Below, piece by piece: positions 62,040 to 64,000 of a stretch of 64,000 bases of DNA. The notes beneath the pieces were generated by a model. The model searched no databases. It saw only the letters and a program-made list of their open reading frames with translations, and had not been told where the DNA came from. The DNA comes from Macrostomum lignano (taxonomy: Eukaryota), in the NCBI GenBank assembly GCA_002269645.1, contig NIVC01002349.1, forward strand, positions 1-64,000, read 5' to 3'. The position numbers were made by a program, and so were the translations under genes. The first letter of the stretch is position 1. Every line of letters starts with the position of its first letter.

Positions 62040-62805
62040 CTGCACCTCATAACAGTGTACATTCATTATATTATCGATCTAATTTTCTCTACCTTTCGTA
62101 ACAGTGTGCATTCATTATATTATCGATCTAATTTTCTCTATCCCTCATAACAGTGTACGTTCATTATATTATCGATCTAATTTTCTCTATCCCTCATAAC
62201 AGTGTACGTTCATTATATTATCGATCTAATTTTCTCTATCCCTCATAACAGTGTACATTCATTATATTATCGATCTAATTTTCTCTACCTCTCGTAACAG
62301 TGTACATTCATTATATTATCGATCTAATTTTCTCTACCTCTCGTAACAGTGTACATTCATTATATTACCGATCTAATTTTCTCTACCCCTAATAATGTAC
62401 ATTCATTATATTATCGATCTAATTTCTCTACCTCTCGTAACAGTGTGCATTCATTATATTATCGATCTAATTTTCTCTATCCCTCATAACAGTGTACGTT
62501 CATTATATTATCGATCTAATTTTCTCTATCCCTCATAACAGTGTACGTTCATTATATTATCGATCTAATTTTCTCTACCTCTCGTAGCAGTGTACATTCA
62601 TTATATTATCGATCGAGTTTTCTCTACCCCTAATAATGTACATTCATTATATTATCGATCTAATTTTCTCTACCTCTCGTAACAGTGTACATTCATTATA
62701 TTATCGATTGAGTTTTCTCTACCCTTAATAATGTACATTCATTATATTATCGATCTAGTTTTCTCTACCCTTAATAATGTACATTCATTATATTATCGAT
62801 CGAAT
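62040..62805. repeat. 49-bp AT-rich minisatellite
   Basis: Unit aacagtgtacattcattatattatcgatctaattttctctacctctcgt. Confidence 0.93.
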
Positions 62806-63346
62806 TCTCTCGGATTTTCTGCCCTTTTTGCTTGTTTTCTCCTATTCATTTCAACTATTGCTACGCTCGTACATCACTTGTTAAGATCCATTCGATTTGA
62901 TACGTCGATTTGTCAAAGTTATTAAATGGTTTGCGAAGGTGCTCCACTCTAGACGCCTATCTCCTTAGCGACGGCTTCCAGTCCACTGTTGCTATGTATA
63001 GAAGTCCCTGGTCAGTCTTACTCATAGTCAGCTGTTCAGTTCGCCTGTCACTCAGTCAGTCCGGTCAGCCCTGGGAGTCCAGCCGCGGGTCCATGCTGGG
63101 CCGCAGCAACAGGCTGCCCTCAACCCAGTCATTTGGTTTCTCCAGCATCCGGGTCCACATCAGCGACTCGTGGCCACGAGCGTCCATGCAGGGGTAGCTG
63201 CGGTCTGTATGGCATGGGGGTTGTTTTTGGAAACAGAGCCACAGAAGTAACCCACAACAAAGCAAAAATTCAGAGATCTTTCAAACTTTTCTTTACCAAA
63301 AAAGCAGCACGGACGGAAAATACTCCAAAGCTACTCAAAAGAAGTA

Positions 63347-64000
63347 ACTATGGGAAGCTACCCGGAAGCTACCCAGAAGCTACACAGAAGCTACCAGGAA
63401 GCTATCCAGAAGCTACCTAGAAGCTACCCAGAAGCTACCCAGAAGCTACCAGGAAGCTACCAGAAGCTACCCAGAAGCTACCTAGAAGCTACCCAGAAGC
63501 TACCAGGAAGCTACCCAGAAGCTACCCAGAAGCTACCTAGAAGCTACCTAGAAGCTACCCAGAAGCTACCCAGAAGCTACCTAGAAGCTACCTAGAAGCT
63601 ACCAGAAGCTACCCAGAAGCTACTAGGAAGCTACTAGGAAGCTACTCAGAAGCTACCAGGAAGCTACCCAGAAGCTATCCAGACGCTACCCAGAAGCTAC
63701 CTGGGAGTTACCCAGAAGCTACCTGGGAGTTACCCAGAAGCTACCAGGAAGCTACCCAGAAGCTATCCAGAAGCTACCCAGAAGCTATCCAGAAGCTACC
63801 CAGAAGCTACCTGGGAGTTACCCAGAAGCTACCCAGAAGCTACCAGGAAGCTACCCAGAAGCTATCCAGAAGCTACCCAGAAGCTACCTGGGAGTTACCC
63901 AGAAGCTACCAGGAAGCTACCCAGAAGCTACCCAGAAGCTACCAGGAAGCTACCCAGAAGCTACCCAGAAGCTACCTAGAAGCTACCCAGAAGCTACCAG
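63347..64000. repeat. 11-12-bp minisatellite (runs off the window end)
   Basis: Unit cccagaagcta and variants. Confidence 0.93.

Noticed and set aside
1-64000. CRISPR-like arrays
   Set aside because: All arrays are head-to-tail minisatellites without unique spacers, there are no cas genes, and the DNA is eukaryotic.
409-64000. Periodic ORFs in the track (e.g. 22227-22921, 27858-28642, 32079-32817, 40101-40607, 49818-50655, 52905-53338, 58223-59305)
   Set aside because: They are translations of tandem or CT repeats, open in several frames or strands, and often inside introns of real genes.

Overview
Eukaryotic, intron-containing and very repeat-rich invertebrate DNA. The style resembles a flatworm such as Macrostomum, but that is inference only. 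Five genes can be reconstructed by hand: (1) Rag GTPase C/D, minus strand, 6 exons, 1387-19404, with a 14.3 kb intron; (2) a secreted fibrinogen-domain (FReD) gene nested on the same strand inside that intron and interrupted by a 5'-truncated I-group LINE (9-bp TSD, (AAC)n tail), which fuses RT, RNase H and a zinc knuckle in frame to the lectin; (3) isovaleryl-CoA dehydrogenase, minus strand, 6 exons, 20721-26225; (4) a CTR/SLC31 copper transporter whose frame closes only with an extra 7-nt micro-exon or a non-canonical splice; (5) a NET-family (NocA/Elbow/ZNF503/703) zinc-finger gene, 47260-52205, flanked by long non-coding regions carrying Pbx/Meis-type sites. The remainder includes an orphan 359-aa ORF, a Penelope-like fragment with a minimal hammerhead motif, two tRNA-derived SINE families, hAT-type MITEs, a possible solo LTR and about 25 micro/minisatellite arrays. 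No CRISPR array, rRNA or true tRNA gene was found. The most striking feature is the signal peptide-FReD-RT-RNase H in-frame chimera; the TSD shows it arose by insertion, and whether it is functional is unproven.
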